Assembly (NCBI GenBank): GCA_965198225.1
Contig: CBDAOY010000006.1
Location: 288,001-352,000, forward strand
Source of the DNA: Terriglobia bacterium
GTDB taxonomy: Bacteria > Acidobacteriota > Terriglobia > 20CM-2-55-15
DNA: 64,000 bases
Reading direction: 5' to 3'
Shown: positions 60,464 to 64,000 of the stretch, piece by piece
Position numbering within the stretch: the stretch's first letter is position 1
Layout: every line of letters begins with the position of its first letter
Made by a program: the position numbers and the translations under genes
The notes under the pieces: model-generated
The model's input: the letters and a program-made list of their open reading frames with translations, nothing else
Databases searched by the model: none
What the model was told of the DNA's origin: nothing

Positions 60464-61065
60464 TCCTCCTTCACAAACCGACGACCGACGTGCGGTTCAG
60501 CCACGTCCTCGCCGGAGTGTGCCTCCGCTGCAAAATCCCCTCAGATCCCGTCCTTTCAACCCACCGATTCCCCGACCCAACTGCTTTCCGATTCACACCA
60601 TCGACGCGGTCATCGACCGCCGGTCCCCCTCCTCGCCCCAACGCCACTCCAGATCCGGCCCGCTTCCGGCTACTTTCTCCATAGCCCACCGCGTCCGCCG
60701 CATTCGGCCAGCGCCCTCCTTCAAGTCTTGTTATCGAAACTGCCGCGGTGGGAACTTCTCGCTCATCCTGTGGCCGCGCTCGCCGCGGCACTTCCGATGA
60801 ACGCTAACGACTTCCCAGGCATCTGGATGATCGACTTCGAGGAGGACCGATTTGATGGACATAGATGGTCGGGTCGGTCAGCATAGCACCGGACTCGCCT
60901 AAGTCTCGTCAAAGAAGTCGTCGAGGCCCAGGTGCTGCCAGTGACAAGAACTCGCAATGAGTGAACATCAGGCAAAGATTGCCGCGATACTCAGCCTTTG
61001 TAGGCTGGAGGGTTTCCTATAAACCTGGAAGTTTAACCATGCGACTTCAGGAGGACCAGAATCAC

Positions 61066-62395
61066 ATGACGAAATCTCGTCGAAGCCTGATCATGGTCGT
61101 TGCTCTCTCTGTTGTCCCTACACCCGTTGGGGCGCAGGAACCCGTCTATTGGGATGTGATCGACCGAATTCGCAGTGAGGGATTCCAGAACTCGCAGGTT
61201 ATGGACAACGCCGGCTACCTGGCCGATGTGATTGGTCCACGTCTCACAGGATCACCCAACATGCGCCAGGCTCAGGACTGGGCGATGGACCGCATGACGG
61301 AGGTCGGGCTGTCCAAGGTGGAGAAGGAGCCGTGGGGCGATGAGACCGTCGGGTGGGAGGTGCAGCGCGTTTCCGTTCATATGAACGCGCCCGACTACCA
61401 GATGGTGATCGCGTACCCGCTTGCCCTGACGCCCGGGACGCAGGGTCCGGTCACCGCAAATGCCGTGACTGCACCGATCCGGACCCCTGAAGATCTGGAT
61501 CGATATCGCGGTCGTCTCGATGGCGCGATCGTGCTGGCCACACCTCCGATACCGACGAGTCCCCGCTTCGTCCAGGACGCGTTCCGGCATACTGAGGAAT
61601 CGTTGCGCGTGTTCAAGACAGAGGGAACCGACCTTCTCATCAACCGCCACGGACGGGGTCAGCCCGACCAATCGACCCTCCGGCGAGAAGGAATCTCCGC
61701 GGCCGAGGTAGAGGAATTCTACAAGTCCGAGGGGGTAGCGGTGGTTCTGACCGCGAGTATCGGTAGCGACGGAACGGTGTTCGCGACCGGACATCCCACG
61801 ACACGTAACGACAGGACCCGCGCAGGGATCTAGAATGCCCTTCCCACCCTCGCCGTTGCCACCGAACACTACAACCGCATCTACAGGATTCTCGAACGGG
61901 GGATCGAGGTGACGATGGACGTTGAAGTCCGGGTCGCGTTCGACGAATCGGATCCGAGGGGGTACAACGTGATCGGCGAGATTCCGGGGAGTGATCTAGC
62001 AGACGAGGTGGTGATGATCGGGGCGCACCTGGACTCCTGGCACGCCGGGACCGGTGCAACCGACAACGCGAGTGGCGTTTCGGTCGTGCTCGAAGCGATG
62101 CGCATACTCCGGGCCATCGACTCCCGTCCGCGGCGCACGATTCGTGTGGCCCTGTGGAGTCAGGAGGAGACGGGTCACAGGGGCTCCCTGGGCTATATCA
62201 AGAATCACTTCGGGAGTCCGCAAGAAGGCACCACGCCCGACCATGAGCGCTTTTCCGTGTACTTCAACATGGACAATGGCACCGGCCAGTTCCGCGGCGT
62301 GCACATCCAAGGAAATACCCAAGCCACGCCCATACTCGATGCCTGGATGAGACCGTTCAATGAGTTTCAAATGGAAACGATCTCCCAGTTCAGGC
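61066..62395 (+). pseudogene. M28 family peptidase (carboxypeptidase Q-like), in-frame amber stop and 3' truncation
   Basis: IGPRLTGS, GAHLDSWH, TDNASG, WSQEE, NMDNG; TAG at 61831-61833 with the same frame continuing. Confidence 0.85.
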
Positions 62396-62558
62396 GGACT
62401 CCCCCGGCCTCTCGGGCAAGAGCAACAGTGTCGTCCGTTGAAAAGTCGTCGATGAGGACTACCGGACAGTTCTCCTGAAGGAGGGCGGAGCGCACCGCCC
62501 GCTGGATCGTGGCCGAAGCATCCCTCGCCGCAATCAGTATGGTCGCGGTTGTATCCAT
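62367..62558 (-). pseudogene. GT2 glycosyltransferase N-terminal fragment
   Basis: TILIAARDASATIQRAVRSAL...VLIDDFSTDDT; truncated against the M28 gene. Confidence 0.75.
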
Positions 62559-62615
62559 CGAGCTATCCCCGACCTGAAAGCGGGCCGACGCCAGGCCATT
62601 CCCATCTGTCCCGTA

Positions 62616-63932
62616 CTACGAGCCGTCCGAAGTCCGTGCGAGTCCCCGCTCTGGCAGGTCGTGCTCTCCGAGACCCCACCGACGGCCATTCATTAGGTAA
62701 GGTCGTCGTGCCAGGCCAAACGAGAGGAGGCGGTATACCCTACCGGCCAGACGACGGTAAGAAAAGAGCTGACGGTCGAGCGCGCGGTAGGCCGCCCAGA
62801 GATCCCACAACAGGCGAATCAAGCGGCCACGCAGTTTGCGGAGTTGTTCGACTTCCGCAGCGGGCATTCCCTTCAAGAGGCGCCGCACATGGCCCACCTT
62901 CGCGATCAGCGGCCGCGGACGACGCTCCGACAGCAACCACACCCGGTACAGATACTCAGCGTAAGACGGGTAATCAGACACAGCCACCCCGCTTAGGCCG
63001 CGGCGCGGTTCGTTGAATGTCAGGCGCACCCCGAATCGCACGATGTCTCCCAGTTTCGGGAAATACAGATCCGATCGCTGGAACTCGTAGTTCAAGTCCT
63101 CGAGGAGCGTATCTTCGAGCTGGCCTACCAACGGCGTCAGTGGCCCTTTCCCGGTTCTCGCGGGAGTGAGGTCCCCGTGCCGGACCTTGAACAGGCAGTG
63201 GTCGGGCGGCAGGATCTGCTGTTCCAGGCCGCTGGCGACGAGCGCGTAGAGGGCAAGGCCGTCGCTGTCCATCGAGACGACACTGCCGGTCTCAGGAAAG
63301 CCGCGCACTGTCTGCCAGGATGCGTGTGAAGCCAGCAGGAAGTCGCCGCTGGCATTCGTATGAAGGGACAGACCCGCGGGAACTGTGGGAGCCTCGAGGG
63401 CGCGATACTCGTGCGCAGCATCATTGGAACAGCGATCGAGGAAGGCGAAACGGTCATCGGTCGGCGTGTCCAGGACCTCGGCGGGAACATCCACGCGGTT
63501 GACGCGGTACACCCGATCGCTACGCAGTTCACGCCGCGCAAGGAACTCCATCAGCGGCTCCGAGTAGAAAACGTCGCTGGCCCGAACTACGATGAACTGC
63601 CCACACGCCCTACGGATGCCCACGTTCGCCGCGACGGTACCCGCGGACCCTGGAAACTGGTTCCAGAGGCGCAAGCGGCGATGATGGCGAGGGGGAACCA
63701 CTATGAAGCGAACTTTGACACGCTGATTCTGTTCCAGTCGCAAAACGCCACGCAGCAGCGGTTGATCCTGCGGAGGGTTCCACTCGACGACGATGATCTC
63801 TGCGTCGAGCGCATGATCCGTCAATTGCGCGATGAGAAAGTTCAGCGACCGCTCCAGCTTGAAGACGAGGTCGCCGCCATAGTCATCGTTCCGGCTGTAC
63901 AGGACGAAGGAGATGTAAGGTTTCGCTGGCAC
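62616..63932 (-). CDS. Putative GT-A fold glycosyltransferase
   Basis: ISFVLYSRNDDY, EIIVVEWN, NVGIRRACGQFI, ASD, SGDFLL; adjacent GT2 gene. Confidence 0.65.
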   Translation of the reverse strand: MPAKPYISFVLYSRNDDYGGDLVFKLERSLNFLIAQLTDHALDAEIIVVEWNPPQDQPLLRGVLRLEQNQRVKVRFIVVPPRHHRRLRLWNQFPGSAGTVAANVGIRRACGQFIVVRASDVFYSEPLMEFLARRELRSDRVYRVNRVDVPAEVLDTPTDDRFAFLDRCSNDAAHEYRALEAPTVPAGLSLHTNASGDFLLASHASWQTVRGFPETGSVVSMDSDGLALYALVASGLEQQILPPDHCLFKVRHGDLTPARTGKGPLTPLVGQLEDTLLEDLNYEFQRSDLYFPKLGDIVRFGVRLTFNEPRRGLSGVAVSDYPSYAEYLYRVWLLSERRPRPLIAKVGHVRRLLKGMPAAEVEQLRKLRGRLIRLLWDLWAAYRALDRQLFSYRRLAGRVYRLLSFGLARRPYLMNGRRWGLGEHDLPERGLARTSDGS

Positions 63933-64000
63933 TTATGCGTCCCTGTGGACCATCCACCCCTGTGTTCGAAAGCGCTTCGGAAGAATAGCAGGCATCTGAT

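Larger units (their letters stand above)
54013..60802 (+). mobile_element. IS91-like element carrying integrase + Y2 transposase, interrupted by a twintron
   Basis: GAAC at both boundaries (54013-54016 and 60799-60802); coupled integrase and IS91 transposase; joined flanks recreate the repeat arrangement seen at 7141-7250. Confidence 0.7.

Noticed and set aside
61831-61833. Amber readthrough or pyrrolysine recoding
   Set aside because: The gene is also 3' truncated and TAG is a normal stop in many genes here

Overview
GC-rich bacterial DNA; gene content suggests Acidobacteriota (inference only). The left half (1-32.3 kb) is a co-oriented minus-strand array of nine Hanks-type Ser/Thr kinase + single TM + PD40/WD40-like beta-propeller genes. 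Four are complete and intact, one is open but cut by the window edge, one has an in-frame internal deletion and three are pseudogenes. Their kinase domains are highly similar, their propellers divergent, and their C-terminal tails, ATGA-coupled junctions and upstream promoter-like elements recur. Embedded in the array are two toxin-antitoxin cassettes with integron attC-like sites (one attC interrupted by an ORF-less group II intron), an amidase, IS1182, IS5 and IS110 elements, and a beta-propeller/diheme cytochrome c pair. The middle (32.5-53 kb) holds metabolic and hydrolase genes (serine-glyoxylate aminotransferase, GGT, LCIB-like carbonic anhydrase candidate, serine hydrolase, amidohydrolase, metallophosphoesterase, TraB, S1-like protein, sorbosone dehydrogenase), MITEs, gene fragments and orphan kinase stubs. 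The right end holds a group II intron nested in a second group II intron, nested in an IS91-like integrase/transposase element, followed by a broken M28 peptidase and glycosyltransferase genes. No rRNA, tRNA or CRISPR array was seen. All comparisons were made by eye, so coordinates of degenerate elements are approximate.
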